This document shows, piece after piece, positions 25,200-38,709 of a stretch of DNA of 64,000 bases. The notes under the pieces are model-generated. The model ran no database searches. It was given only the letters and a program-made list of their open reading frames with translations, and was not told where the DNA came from. A program made the position numbers and the translations under genes. Within the stretch, counting starts at the first letter, position 1; the number at the start of each line of letters is the position of its first letter. Origin of the DNA: Lama glama (Eukaryota); NCBI GenBank assembly GCA_028534125.1, contig CM052825.1, positions 310,001-374,000 on the forward strand, written 5' to 3'.

Positions 25200-27640
25200 C
25201 CGCCCTCAGACCACAAGGGAACTAAACCAGAAATCAATAACAGAAAGATAACTTAAAACCTCAAAATATTTGCAGATTAAGCAACACAGGTCTGAACAGC
25301 ACATGGGTAAAAGAAGGAGGTGCAAGAGAAATTGAGACTGTTTTTAACTAAACGAAAATGAAAACGCAACTTGTCAAAAGGTGTGGGGTGCAGCAAGAGC
25401 AGTGCTCAGAGGGACACAGTGAAAGCACATGTTCCAAAAGGAGAGAGACCTAAAATCGACAAGCTAAGCTTCCCCCTAAGGAAGTGAGGAAAAGGAGAGC
25501 AGATTAAACCCAAAGGAAGTGAAAGAAAGGAAATAATAAAAATTAGAGCAGAATTTAAAGTAGGAAATTAATAGAGTAAATCAATGGAACCAAAGCTGGT
25601 TCTTCGAAAAAAATCAATAAAAACCTATGAACAACAACAACAACAAAAAAACCAAAGCAAAAGGCAAGAGAGAGAGCGGGAGGGAGAAGACGCAGACACC
25701 TGGCGTCAGAAATGAACGAGAAGGCATCGCTGCAGACGCCGCGGCACTGCCCACAGGCTGCCCCACCAACCTGACCCCGATGAAGGGGCCGGCTCTTTGA
25801 ACACACAATCTGCCAAAAAACACAGGAAGAAGCAGACAGCACAGTCGACTACAGAAACTGCATCGATAATTATCAGCCCGCTGAGACCGGAAGCAGCAGC
25901 CGCAGGTGGGCTCACCAAGCGAATTCCAGCAAACGCTTGAGTTCGGAACTACACTAATGTGCTACAGTCTCTTCCAGAAATAAAAGCAGAGGGAACACTT
26001 TCTAACTCCTCCTACGAGGCCAAAATTACTCTGATACCAAAACCAGACCAAAAATAATACAAGAAAGGAAAATTACAGACCACTATCTCATGAATGTGGA
26101 CGTAAAATTCCGCAGCAAGTTCAGGCAAAGCAAATCCAACATGGTAGTGAAAGATTTATACACTAGAAGCAAGTGGAATTCATTTCAGGGACGCGAGGCT
26201 GGTCAGCATTCAGAAATCAGTGTAATGCGTCGCATCAGAAGACCAGCGAAGGAAAATCGTGTGACCGTATCAGATGCATAAAAAGCACCTGACAAAATCC
26301 AACACCCACGGACAAAACTCAGAGAAACAGGAACACAGGAGGACTTCCTCAGCTTGGGAAAGAACAGCTGGAAGCCCTTACAGTTCACACCACACCCAGT
26401 GGTGAGAAACTAGACGCTTGCCCCTAAGACCAGGACTCAAGCCAAACACATTCCTTCACCACTCCTCCTCAGCATCACACTGGAGAAGCCCTCGCTAATG
26501 CAATAAGACAAGAAAAGGAGGAAAATGTACATAGCTAGGAAAGGAAGAAATAAAACTGTCTTTGTTTGCAGGTGACATGACTGTAAAAACAAATCCCAAA
26601 GAATCAGCAGAAACAAAACAAAACAAAGCAGTAAGTGGCCACGGCAAGGCTGAGGGTACAAGGTTAACGTGTCCGAGCCAATCGCTTTCCCAGACACCAG
26701 CAACAAGCGTGTGAAAATTTACAGTTAAAAACGTACCACCACTTACAGTAGCCCTCCTCAAAAAAACCTCACTAAGTATGCACAAGATCTGAACGACGAA
26801 AACTCCTGAACTCTGATGAACAAAATTACAAAGCTGAACAAACGCAGAGACACTTCCTGCCTGTGGAGGAGACGCAGTGCTGCCAGGCCGTCAGTTCTTC
26901 CCCACTCCACCTACAGAGGCAGCTCAGTGCCAGTGACAGCCTCAGCAGCCACCCCGTGGATGCCAGCAAGCTGATTCCAAAGTCCATGTGGAGAAGCAAA
27001 GGTCCAGGGCAGCCAACAGAGAACTGCAGACCAGAGGACTGACACCGCCGACCTGCAGACTTCCCATGAAGCTAGGTAACCAGGACGGTGTGGCTTCGGC
27101 ACAGGAACAGACGATCAGCGGGAGAGAACAGGGAACCCGGAGGCAGACCCACAAACACCGTCACCCACTCTCCACAGCGGGACGAAGGCCACACAACGGG
27201 ACCAAAACCGTCTCATCGTCAAAGGATGCTTGAACAACTGGACATCCACCTGCAAAAACTGAGTCCAGACAAAGGACTTACATCTTTACAAAAATTAGCC
27301 CAAAATGGATACAGATCGGGGGAGGGTGTAGCTCAGTGGTGGAGAGCGTTAACATGCACGAGGTCCTGGGTTCAATCCCCAGCACCTCCATTAAATAAAC
27401 AAATAAATAAACCTAATTACAAATAAATAAACCCAATCCCCCCAAGTTTTCTAAAATTAAAAAAGGAATTAGATTACCGTCAAAATTTTTTCAATTTTAA
27501 AGTAGTAATTTCTTTACATGTTAAACAATTTTTTAAAAAATTGGTACAGCTCTACTCATAAAACACAACAAGCTTCTAGGAGATAACCCAGGAGACAATC
27601 AGTGACCGTGGGTCTGGCCGTGACCTTTCAGGTACATGGA
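25200..27640 (+). mobile_element. Degenerate L1 ORF2 (RT region), interrupted by a SINE
   Basis: A-rich strand with ORF2 landmarks ctcagaccacaagggaactaaaccagaaatcaataac, ctacgaggccaaaattactctgataccaaaaccagac, tgtttgcaggtgacatga (FADDM-like), aagcttctaggagataac; many stops and deletions. Confidence 0.92.
27318..27535 (+). mobile_element. tRNA-derived SINE (vic-1-like) nested in L1
   Basis: gggggagggtgtagctcagtggtggagagcgttaacatgcacgaggtcctgggttcaatccccagcacctcca plus AT-rich tail; degenerate TSD aaaatggatacagatc / aaaattggtacagctc. Confidence 0.9.
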
Positions 27641-30600
27641 AGCACCCCCAGGGCAGAAGCCTGGCTCCACCGCAGCACCCTCCTGGCCACCCCTCCTCGG
27701 TGGGCACCAGGGTGCAGCGGAGGCTCCACCGCCCCCAGCTCACACCCACCCACCCGCTCCACCCGGGGAGACCACGCAGCCACAGGGAGAGTCAAGCTCC
27801 GACCGTCAGCTGGGCCGCGCTCGCTTCTAACTTGGCAGGAGGTGATGCGGGTGGGGAGGGGCGAGGTGCACACAGCCCCTGCTCGAAACTCCAGGCAGGT
27901 GGGGCTCCAGCTGTCACTCACGCATGCAACAGACGCACAGCGGCTGGGTGCTGGGCCCACCCTCTCCCCAGCTCACTCCACTGCAGGGCACCAGCAGAGG
28001 TCAGAGCCAGAGTGAGAACATCCTCTCCCCCCGGGCCACCTGGCAAAGACCGCGGAAGGGGCCACTGCCACTTCGTGGACGGTGGTCAGGAGTGACGTGG
28101 CTTCCTCGGCCCTGGGCCACGGTCAGGAGGACGCCTGCAGCAGCGGATGGTCCACTAGAGACAGAGGCTGGGCACTGAAGGCTCCTGGCTTGACCCCTAT
28201 CCCATGCCATCCCTGAGCTCGGGGCTGGAAACCTCATCGCCACCTCTGCACCGGCGCCTCAGGGACAAGGCCTTGGGCCAAGGGGACAAGCCCCTGCACT
28301 GCTAGCCGCAAAGCCCACCCACCCACCGTCAGCAGAGGACAGGCGGGCGTCTCCACACTGGGTTTCTGGATCTTCCTCCAAGGGTGGAGGAGGAGAGGCT
28401 GGCCAGGCGGAGGCCAGAGGAGGAGCAGCAGTGCAGGAGGGTGCTGGGTCCTGAGACGGCCGGCCACCACCGGGCCCATCGGTACAGGCCTGGGTCAGTG
28501 TGGCCCCTCTCCCGCCGGCCTGGGAGGGGGCAGCATCATCTGGTTTGTGGCCCAGATTCCTTGGCTGGGAGATGGGGCATCCTTGCCCATCCCCCCACCT
28601 GAACAGCCCTGTACTCACTTCCTGGAAATCCTCCAAGGAGAGGCCTGGGTTTGCAGAGCGGGTGATGCCCCCACCCCGCCCAGGCTGACCCCCAAGGGCA
28701 GGGGTGGATGTTGCTGCTGTGCACCCAGGACCAGTGCTAGTCCCGGTGTCCCAGGAGTCCCAGGCCGCCAGTGCGGGCATGCCCCCGGTGTGACAGCTGT
28801 CCGTAACAGAGCCCCTCCTCAAATGCCCCCAACCCCGCGCAGGCCACGACCAGGTCAGGAGGGGCGAACACGGGACCCTGGAGGCCTTCCCAGCCTCCTC
28901 TTTCACCCCTGCTTTCCAGGGCAGGAAACATTTTCTAGGATAAAAGGCATCTTGCTTATTTTAAACCCAACAAGCCCGGGGATCAATCCTAAGAGCCAGG
29001 CAGCCGGTGTCGTCAGAGCCGCCAGACCCGCCAGACCCGCTGCCAGCGCGTGGGCAGGAGACGCAGCGGCGTGTCTGCAGGGCCCTTGGAAACGCCACGT
29101 CCAGGGCACGGGGGGCCGGGTGGGGGGCTCTTTCAGTGGCTGCTAAGCCCCACAGGGCTGCTTCAAAGGGCCCGGTGCTGCCTGCACTGAGGGCAGCAGA
29201 CGCATGCCCCTCACCCGGGCCGGGACCCGGCTGAGGCTGGGACGGGGCAGGGCTGGGTGCCGTGAGGGTGATGTTGGTGACTGCAGGTGGGCAGCAGAGA
29301 GGAGCCAGCGGTCAGAGGGGCGGGGTCTGGAGGACCAACAGCAAACTGCCTGCGGGGGAGATGCTCCAGGTGCCCTGGGGGCCCATGCTCAGTGAGCGCG
29401 CACCTGAGGTCTGTGGACATGGTGATGGTCTCTGCAGATGCACAGGAGCCCTGTGGCTCGTGCACACGGAGGAAACGTGGCCAACCCAGAGACCTCTGAT
29501 TGCTTCTATTGTTACTATTTTTAATTGGCCCTGGAATTTTATCCTGATTGAAAACACATAGCTTTTAAAAGGCAGGCCCATGGGCAGTCAGCCGCCCCTC
29601 CTGGCCCTCACGGCCACCCCGGGGTAAAGGCACCTGGGGGTTGTGCCACCAAAGGGGCTCATGGCTCTCAGAGCTGGAGGTGCCCTTGGGGCTGTGGAGA
29701 CAGAGAAGGCTTGCAAACTCACAAACTCAGCCGCCCACAGGCCCAAAGGCTGGGGTGGGGGGCCAGGAGCACACCCCTGCCTGGCATGAGGCCCACAGCC
29801 TGTGTGGAATGAGGCCAGGGCAGCGGACGGCCCAGCGCTCGAAGGATGGAAACCCAGCAGTCTCCGTGCCGCCTCCTGGGTTTCACGACGGTGACGGCTG
29901 ATTCGATTTCAGCAGCACCTGCTGGTCACAGAACACAGCTGTGGCCACTCGCAGACAGCAGCCTGGACTTTGTCTCATGGAGCCGCTCCCGGCCTGAGGT
30001 CCAGAGAGGGGGCGCCACCGGCCCAAAGCACCCAGCACCACGGGCGGCCCAGAGAACCACTGTGTGTGAAGCCGGCCCTTGGTGAGGCTCGTCCCCGGGC
30101 ACAGGACGAAGCTCCCAAGCTCCGTGGGTGCACGCACCCACACGGCTGGCAGGGCCTGGGAGTGGCAGGTGCAGGGACGGGGCCTGTTTACACCCCCATC
30201 AGGCCAGCACGGACCCTGTTACCTGTTACTTCATTAAAAAGCATCATTCTGAACAAGTCACTCTGCCGGACACCCACAGAGCACCACACCTGGAAAGACC
30301 CTCTCTCCTCCAGGGGTGGCCTGGGGATCCTGCCTGCTCTGCAGAGACCAGCTCTGGGACAACGTCTCCTGCCCTCAGGCCGTGCCCGGGGCTCTGAGCT
30401 GCGGGGCCGGGGTCCCAAGTTCACGGAGGACACGGGCGTAGATGCCTCGATTCCCAGAGGGCTCACACTTCCGGACTGTTGAGGTTCCACGTGGCAGTGC
30501 GGGGGCTGGACGCCTGGCCTGACCTGCCTGCCCCGCAGGCACAGTGGCCACCCCTCCACACGCTCGCCGGTGCCTCGCACGCCAGGAAGGCAAGTAGGAG

Positions 30601-31206
30601 GGTTTCATGGGCCACACCTGTCGGGCCCAGGGACCAGACGGGTCCCAGCCCCGAGCACAGCCACAGGCAGACCCCAGAGGAGACCCTGCCCGCCACCCCA
30701 AGGCACACACGCAGATAAACACGCACATACGGATGCAGGCTCCCTGCTGCCGGGCCCCCAGGCTCTGCCTCCCCCCAGGTGGCCAGAATCCCCCCCATCA
30801 AAGCCAGGCCGCTTCTACCCACACCCTGGCCACCTTCAAGGCCATAAATGTGGGTGTGTTTAGAACAGATGGCCTCTGGTCTCTGCCTCTATTTTCAAAG
30901 ACCCCACCCGCAGCCCCTGACGTGCGGCACTCAGCTCCTCACAAGGCCTCGCCCCAGCCACACAGGCTGCTGTCCCCAAAGGCACCGGGCACCCCCACAT
31001 GGCCCCTCTGCCCGGACACACTGCCGACTCAGTCCTGCTCCCCTTCGGGACCTACTGCCCCGGGAGCCTTCCGCATTCCCCTGCTCTGTTCCTGGACCAC
31101 CCACCTCCCCCGACCCAGGATAATGCTGACCTCCACCAACATAGAACGGCCTCTGAATCTCACCCCCAGGACTGGCTCGGCCCAAAGGATACTGGATTTG
31201 TGTGTT

Positions 31207-31315
31207 GGGGGGGGTGGGGGACGGAGGGAGGGAAGAGGGGGAGGGGAGGGGTGGTCCAGGAAAGGAAAGAAGGAGGGAGGAGGGGAGGGGGAGGGGGAGG
31301 AGGGCAGGAGAGGAT
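31207..31315 (+). repeat. G/A-rich polypurine low-complexity tract
   Basis: Many GGG(G) runs separated mostly by A, e.g. ggagggagggaagagggggaggggagggg. Confidence 0.85.
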
Positions 31316-31974
31316 TGTCGGCAGGGCAGTGCTCCCTGAAGAATGTGGACTTCCTTCTCCTCCAGGCCCAGCACCGCTCTAGGAAATCGGACCTGTATTT
31401 TCTCACTTCTCATTTGGCCCTTGAGAGGCTTAAATTTGGAAGCAAATACTCAGAGGAACCGTGTATCTGGCTGAGGTTCCCCAGCTAGACCCCAGCGAGC
31501 TGGGCTCCAAACCCAGCAGAAGATGGCAGAGCCAGCAGCTCCTGCACCCGCTCAGGCAGGGAACAGGGTGGTGGCCGCAGCCCGACCTGCATGGCTGCCC
31601 AAGGTCGGACCAGGACGAGGGCACAGACGGGGCCCGAGACAGTGGGTCAGACGGCAGGACCATGGTCTGGGCCTCCCGGTGTCCTCAAAATGCTTGAGCT
31701 GTTTGCCCACTCTTGAGGCAGGGATGTAATGCAGTGGTTTTCCCAGAGAAATGAGCAACTGGCTCCAATCGTGAGCAAACCTCAGACCAAACTCTCCGAC
31801 CACGGCTCTGGGCACTTCAGAAATCGGGGCAGACTGTGAGTCCCGGTCGGCTCCGAGTGCCATGTCCCTGAAAAACCCCAATGTGACAACCACCCTCTGG
31901 GCGTCGCTGTTCTCAGGAGAGGCACTGAGGGATGTGAGGGGGTCACTTACTCCCAAGCGAAGCAATGGTACGAA

Positions 31975-32135
31975 GAGTGACCGTCTGCGTCACGCCGATC
32001 AGAAGACGCAGACGCCAGGCACAGAGCCCTGAAGCAAACGCGCGCGCACGAGAGCCAGCGGCGAATCTGGGCAAAGGCTTATGCTCTTGAAACTCTTCTG
32101 TCTGAAATATTTTCAAAATAAAAGTTTAAAAATGA
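31975..32135 (+). mobile_element. Old L1 (L1MD/ME-like) 3' tail
   Basis: gaatctgggcaaaggcttatg...cttgaaactcttctgtctgaaatattttcaaaataaaagtttaaaaa. Confidence 0.6.
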
Positions 32136-32999
32136 AGTCAAAGGGCAAGAAACAATTAGATTTCACAAGAACCTGGACATTAAGCCTCCCTGGGGAAATC
32201 TGAGGCCTGGCCACCCAGGCCTACTCCCCAGGGCAGAGGCCGCCACGCTGGGGTCCCCGCTGCTGGTGGCCCCGCTCACCTGGTCAGCTTCCCCGAAGGC
32301 CCTGGAGTGTCCGAGACTCCGGGCCAGATGCCCGCTGAAGCCCAGGGACCCCAGGGGGCTGGCCGCAGGGCCTGAGGGCCTGAGGGCCTGACCAGTGGTG
32401 GGCGTGGACATGCCGCTCACTTGCGCCCCAGCTCCCCAGGACCCTGGAATGCAGGCCTGGAGCCCGGAGGCTGGGGCTGCATCCGCGCTTCCAAGACCCC
32501 CGGGACTCTGTCCTGCGAAACACTCTCTCCCCCACCCCTGAGACGGCCGCAAGAGGGCCTGTGAGCAGGCGGACAGAAGGGATAGCAGCCTCAGCCTTCT
32601 AGGGCTCAGCTCAGGCCGATGGGCTCGGCGGGCAGCAGCTCCCTCAGGCAGGGGCCCGGCAGGTCACCCCTCCTCTGTGAGACGGAGCGGCTGACAGACC
32701 CGTAGAAGCATCAGCGCCCAGCTCGGGCGCAGGCACCGACGGTTGTGACCGCTGCGTTGCTGCCCCACGAAGCACAATGCTCGCCCAACGCCCAGACTGG
32801 GGGTCCTGCTGCCACCCCTGGCCCTACCGCCCCCCAGAATGGTCCCTTATCCCCGTCAGCCCCCTCCTCCTCCAACGGCTGGAGCACAGTGACACCAGGT
32901 GGCCGGCACCTCCCAGCTGATGGCCACGAGCTGCAAGGAATAGTATGGAGACGGCCGGGGCGTCTGTCTCCACCTGCTCAGGCGCTCCCGGCCCCGCCC

Positions 33000-34860
33000 C
33001 CGCCGCCCCGGCCCAGCACCTGACCCCAGCCACCGCCAGCCTGCCTCCACCTCGGTAGCGCTGTCACTTGGAGAGTGCCATTTAAACAGGCCACGCGGCA
33101 TGTAGCCTCTGGGGACCGGCCCTCTTCCTCTGGCGTGGCCGGAGACCTCCCAGGTGCGGCGTGTCGCGCATTCGGGCTGACGCCTTCCCGGGGCACATGC
33201 GCCCATCGAAGGGCACCCGGGGTGCTTCCGGGTTGGGGCTGTTACCGATAAAACTGCTGTGAGCTAAGTGAACGCTGGGGTTTCTGCGTGAACACACTTC
33301 CCATTTCCCTGGACAGACGCCCTGGGGTGCGATGGCGAGGTCGCGCGGCAGTCACATGTCTAGTTTCCTGAGGAACTGTGACTGCTTTCCAGGCTCTGAC
33401 AACGGACACTCGCACCCGCGAGGGCGGGAGAGCCGGTCCCTCTGCGCCCCCCGGCGGGGCCGCCAGTGGGGCCCTGGGTTTCACCGCGGCCGCCCTGTGG
33501 GACAGCTCTCGGGGCTTTGCCTGGGCCCCCCTGCCGCTGAGGAGGGCGCCTCCCCTCACGTGCCCGTCCTCCACTGAGCTTCCTCTCCGGTCAGGCATCT
33601 CCGCTGCCGCTGCTGCGTCACGAGAGGCCTTCCTGTGCTGGGCACTGGCCCTTGCTCAGGAGCGTGGTCTGAACGCCTCCCCCCGGCCTGCAGGCTGTCT
33701 CTCCCCTTCTTCACAGGGCCTTTCGAAGAGCAGGTGCTTTAAACCTGGACGGGCCCGAGTTACCCATCCTCCCTCTTCGGCTCAGGCCGAGCCTGAGGAC
33801 TCGCTGCTGCTGCCCAGTCCCAGGCCCAGAGGTTCTCTCCTGGGCTTCCCCAGAAGCGCTACAGTTCACATCGTCTGGGACTCGCTTGGAGCTGACGTTT
33901 CAGTAAGACGCGATGGAGACCGAGGTTCGTTTGTTGGCCAGCGACTCCACCTGCGCCAGCTTGTCTGCAGGAAAAGACTATCCTTCCTCCACTGAGCAGT
34001 TCTCACACGTTCGTCAGACGCCAGCTGGGCGCATCCTGTGGGTCTGTTTCCGGACTCCCTGTCCTGTCCCGCTGAGTACGCGTCGCGTCTCGATCGCTGC
34101 GGCTCGGCAATCAGCTAACTCAGCAGAGCGAGCCCCCCCGGCGGTCCCTTCCAGTGTGGACCCGGCCATTCCAGGTCCTGTATCTTTCCACGTAAGTCTT
34201 GGTATGAGCTTGGGACAGCCACCCAGAAAACCTGCTGAGATCACTGGTAGCGGCCGCATTAAGCCTGAACACTGATCTGGGGAGGACTGGCATCTTGCTA
34301 CGGCGAGGCTTCGGATCCGTGACCCCGAGGCTCTCCACCGTGAGGTTTCTTTGATTCCTCGCATCGGCGTTTTGCCGTTTCAAGCGTCCTGCGTGGGCTA
34401 AGCTTGTACAGAAGCCTCTCCTTCTACTTGGGGTAGCTGCAGGGGTGCCCTCCTTTAGTCGGTTTGCACGTGTTGATCGTCACTACGTGGAAGTGGGATC
34501 GACGTTTGTGTGCTAATCTCGCAGACTATCTGATCGAACTCACAGATCAGCTCCAGGAATTCCTGCAGATGCCTTGGGAGCGTCTCCACGGACACGCTGA
34601 AGACAGTTGAACTTCTCCTCTCCAAGCTGTACACCTTGTATTCCTCTTCTTGTCTCATTGCACCAGCGAGGACGTCCAGTACGAAGCTGAGAAGCCGTGG
34701 CGAGAGGGGACACCCCTGCCCTGTTCCTGATCCTAGTGGGGAAGCTTCTAGTCTCCCGCTGTCAAGAATGATGCCAGCCATGGGGTTTGCCGGCCTCCCC
34801 TGTCTAACTGAGGACGTTCCTCTCCATTCCCGTTTTTCTGAGCGTTTTTATGACTATGAC
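33000..34860 (-). mobile_element. L1MC-like LINE (3' UTR plus ORF2), extremely GC-shifted
   Basis: Collinear antisense L1 landmarks: gaagggcacccggggtgcttccgggttggggctgttaccgataaaactgctgtgagc, ggaaaagactatccttcctccactga, gagaggggacacccctgccctgttcctgatcctagtggggaagc. ORF-track peptide GTGQGCPLSPRLLSFVLDVLAGAMRQE is an L1 RT remnant. Confidence 0.88.
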
Positions 34861-34864
34861 GGAT

Positions 34865-35255
34865 ACACAAAAGGTGGTCCACCCATACAACGGACCACGA
34901 CTCAACCACAAAGAGGAATGAAGTTCTGACACGTGTTAGGAGACCAGCGAGGCTCGGAAATACCGTGTTAAATGACAGAAACCAGACACCAAAGAGCACG
35001 TAGTGAATGACCTCGTTTGTGTGAAGCGGGCAGTAAGGGCAAAACCACAGAGACAAAAAGCAGATCTGTGGCCAGTGGGTGGGGTGGGGAGTGACCGTGA
35101 AGGGCACGGGGCCTCCCTCCAGGGCGGCGCTCACGTCGCAGAACCGGATGGAGGCGGCGGCTGCACAGCGTGCTGATGGACGAGATGCTACCGAACCGTT
35201 CACTTTAAAACCGGTGAATTTTATGTTATGTGACTTTCATCTCAAGAAAAAAAAT
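34865..35255 (+). mobile_element. L1MB-type 3' end
   Basis: aagaggaatgaagttctgacacgtg...gcaaaaccacagagacaaaaagcagat...cactttaaaaccggtgaattttatgttatgtgactttcatctcaagaaaaaaaa. Confidence 0.85.
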
Positions 35256-35400
35256 GAACTACAGCTACATTCTTCACTATTCACAAATCTCAAAACATGG
35301 TATTGAACAAAAAGTAAGACACACAGGAATACAAACAGAACGCCTCCATTTACACAAAGGTTTGAGACAGGCAAAACCTGAGAGCCCGTTAGCGGGCTGT
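35256..35400 (+). mobile_element. L1ME-like 3' UTR fragment
   Basis: aatctcaaaacatggtattgaacaaaaagtaagacacacaggaatac...ccatttacacaaaggtttgagacaggcaaaac. Confidence 0.6.
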
Positions 35401-36229
35401 GCGCAGCGCAGGGCCCCACGGCGCGGCGGGCCGCTCTCCGCACCGCGGAGCCCCTCCGCTCTCAGCCCGGGCGGCGGTTTCACGGCGCGTTTGGCTGGAA
35501 TGCTTCAGACACACTTTGAATCTGAGGAGAAGAGAGAGTGCCGTTCTTCCCGACGACTGCGAATCCGAAACGCACCTTTAAAAGGATAAAGGACAAACCA
35601 GCAGGACAGGGGAGCGCCAACACCACACCGGGTGTGCTGACCCCGCACGGGCGACCTGAACCCCCCCCCCCCGCGGCGGGCTCGTGCGCCCCCCGCAGCT
35701 CAGGGCGGCGCCCTCCCCGGAGGAGGGGGTGGCGGGGGCACCTCACGCCCGCCGAGCCTGCCTCGGAATAACTGTTCCCGACTAGTCCCAGAGGCCTCTT
35801 GCAGAAGTCAGTGAACACGCCTCACCAATGAAAAGCCAGCTCAGAGACCTCACCCGGCTCCCAGAGTGGAGGTAACACACTTGGTCGTGACTGACAGATG
35901 GTCCCCCAAGGCCTCAGGAGCTGGAGCCCACGCCCCAAACCCAGAGCCCTGTGTGCCCCGCCCAGCCCGTCGGCCCCAGAGGCTGTCTTGGTGCAGGACA
36001 CCGGCTCCCTCCTCGCTGGGCCCCGCCCCTCCCTCCCTGAGGCCCACCCCCCAGAGACCCTCACAACCACACCGTCCTTGGCCACAGCCGGCTCGCCCTG
36101 CGAAGGTGCTATCTTCTCCACAAGAGCACCACCAGGCATGAGACAGAGGAGGGTCCATTCGCCAATAAGAGTGCAAGACGTGCCCTCGGAAGACAGCAGA
36201 GCACCGCCGAGAAGTGAACGAGCTCGGTG

Positions 36230-37380
36230 AACGGGGAGGCGGCTCGTCCAGGACTTAGAAGCCTCGATCCTGGCAAGATGCTGGTTCTGCACCAAACTGA
36301 TCTATAAACTCAATGCACACTTTTAAAATAGAAAGTTATCTGAAATTCATATGGAGATGCAAAGGGCCTAAAATAGCCCAGACGGTTCTGAAAGAGAAGA
36401 ACAAAGCGGGAGAGGGCTTCCACGGCCTGATTTCACAGCTGACTGCGGAGCCACAGTCATCGAGACTGCAGCATCGGGGTGACGAGGTGGCACACAGGCC
36501 AGCGGAGCGGAGCTGAGGGCCCAGGAACAAACCCCCACATTTATGGTCAGTTGAGTTTTGACCAAGTTCCAGGACAGGTCACTGCAGGAATCACAGCCTT
36601 CCCCACGAATGGTGATGGGACAGCTGGAAATCCACATGAGAAAAATGACCTTAGACCCCTACCTCACACCACACACAAAAAGTAGCTCAAAATGGATCAC
36701 AGACCTAAATGGAAGAGCTGAAACAATGAAACACTTTCAGAAGAAAACGTCTTCTAAGAGAAAGTCTTCATTGATGCGGGTGAGGCACAGATTTCTTAGA
36801 TATGACAACAAACGCATGATTCACGAAACAAAAAAGTTGATTAATTGGATTTTAAAAGACACCGTTCAGAAAATGAAATGCCCAAACCACAGACTGGGAG
36901 AAGACACCTGCAGTCCATGCATCTGATGAGGGGCTCGTATCCAGAACAGACAGAGAGCTCCTGAAACTCAACAGCACAAAGACCAGGACTCAAAAAGTGA
37001 GCAAAAGATCTGAACAGACATTTTGCCAAAGAAGTTGTACAAACGGCTAAGAAGCACATGAAAAGACACCCGATCTCAGCAGTCATCAGGGAAATGCAAA
37101 CACCACCACCACCAGATTCCCCCACGCACCCACACAGCGACTGCAATCAGAGGACAGACGGCACGGAACACCAGCGCGGGCGTGGAGAAACGGGCGCTTG
37201 TGCAGCGCGGCGGGCAGTGTGCACGGTGCAGCCGCTTCGGAAAACAGTTGGGTGGTTTCCTAAAAAGTCAGACATGAAGTTAGCATACGACCCAGAAATT
37301 CCTCCGCTAGGAGCCCATCCAAGGGAAACGAGAACGTGTGTCCACGCAGACGCGCACGAGGGTGTCCACAGCGGCGGCCT
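36230..37380 (+). mobile_element. L1 (L1MB-like) ORF2 C-terminal part
   Basis: ORF-track remnants LKFIWRCKGPKIAQTVLKEKNKAG, LDPYLTPHTKSSSKWITDLN, KLAYDPEIPPLG are L1 ORF2p-like; frame broken repeatedly. Confidence 0.92.
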
Positions 37381-38709
37381 CCCCTCCCCCGCAGCCCCGC
37401 AGCCACCGCCCGCCCCCACCAGGTCTGCACAGACGAGATGGCAGCCCCCACCCCAAGCAGCCCTCAACTGGCCAGGGAGCTCTAAAAATCCCACTCTCGA
37501 CGCCCACCTCCGGCTGCTGACGCCCTGCAGGTGGACCCTGGGTCAGGTAAGCCATCCGCCCACGGACACGCACCTGGGAAAGGACAGAAGCAGGACAGGG
37601 GAGCCCAAGTTCACGCTGGACGGCTGAGCCAGGCCCTGAGGAGCCTCAGCCTCACCGGTTTTCCAAGGGAACGGTCTCAGTGCTTCTGGATGGTCGGGGC
37701 ATAAATCCTAAGACAGGAACATTCAGACTCATGAGCAGCGAGCGACGGCAGGGGGCACACAGATGACACGGGCTCTTCCTCTCCAGGCTCTGGGTCGCAG
37801 CAGCGACAAAATCACAGATGGCAAAACAGCAAAGCCGCGTCCCCCCCGCACTGCTTTTTCAGAACCACCATCGTCTCCAACGGCTAAGCCTTGTCTTCCG
37901 CGAAAGCCTGGCCTGGAAGTGGCCCTTCTGAGTCTGGACCCGCCAAACTCGTGATTAGTCACACGAAATCGCACGACGAGGAACCTGCCCGCAGCGAAGC
38001 CGAGCCTTCACACAAGGAGTCAGGAGTGAGCCGCGTCGAGCGAACGCAATGAAAACCAGGATTTAAACACAGAAACTGGCCACCGGCCCAGCCATCACAG
38101 GAAGGGGCTCGAGCCCAGCAGATCTGTCAGTGGAGCTCGTGGCTGCACAGGGACAGGGTGCCCAGTTTCCCCAGGAGGCAAGACCAAGGGGGCACAGAGG
38201 TGGGGGCCGCAGGAGGGGGGAGAAAGCGAGCTTAGAGGCGAAGGCCACCTCTGCCCGCCTGGTGCCCTCCCTGGGCACCCCGCAGGATGCCCTGTGGCCA
38301 GACCCCACTTCTCCAGCCACCACCTCCACCATTGGGCTGCTGTCACCCCAAGCCTGGCCCCGTCAAGTCCGTCAGCCAAACCCGGGGCCCAACCTGGCAC
38401 TGCCAGCAGGCTGCCCCCTCCAGCCTGGCCTCTCTTGGGTCCCTGCTGCCTCCAGGCCTCCCCATCCGTCCTCCACCTGCAGCCTCCATGCTCGGGAACC
38501 CCACGGCCCTGCTGCCTGTGAACTAGGTTCCCAAACCCTGACTTGGTCCTCTCGTGAGGCCACGTGCTCTGTCCTTAAGCATTCAAAGCATTTCATTGTA
38601 CGTCTACACAGGTGCAAAAGGGAGTCATTTCTGACCTCTGTAAACGCTGACACTTTAACCACTGAAATTACTATTACCTTTTAAACAGACAATGAAATAA
38701 AACCCCGTG

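Noticed and set aside
25200-27640. Functional or domesticated reverse transcriptase gene
   Set aside because: Many stops, deletions and a SINE insertion; catalytic motif degenerate.
33000-35255. Twin-primed (5'-inverted) single L1 insertion
   Set aside because: The antisense segment has its own 3' UTR near 33000-33200 and looks like a different subfamily, so these are two independent elements.
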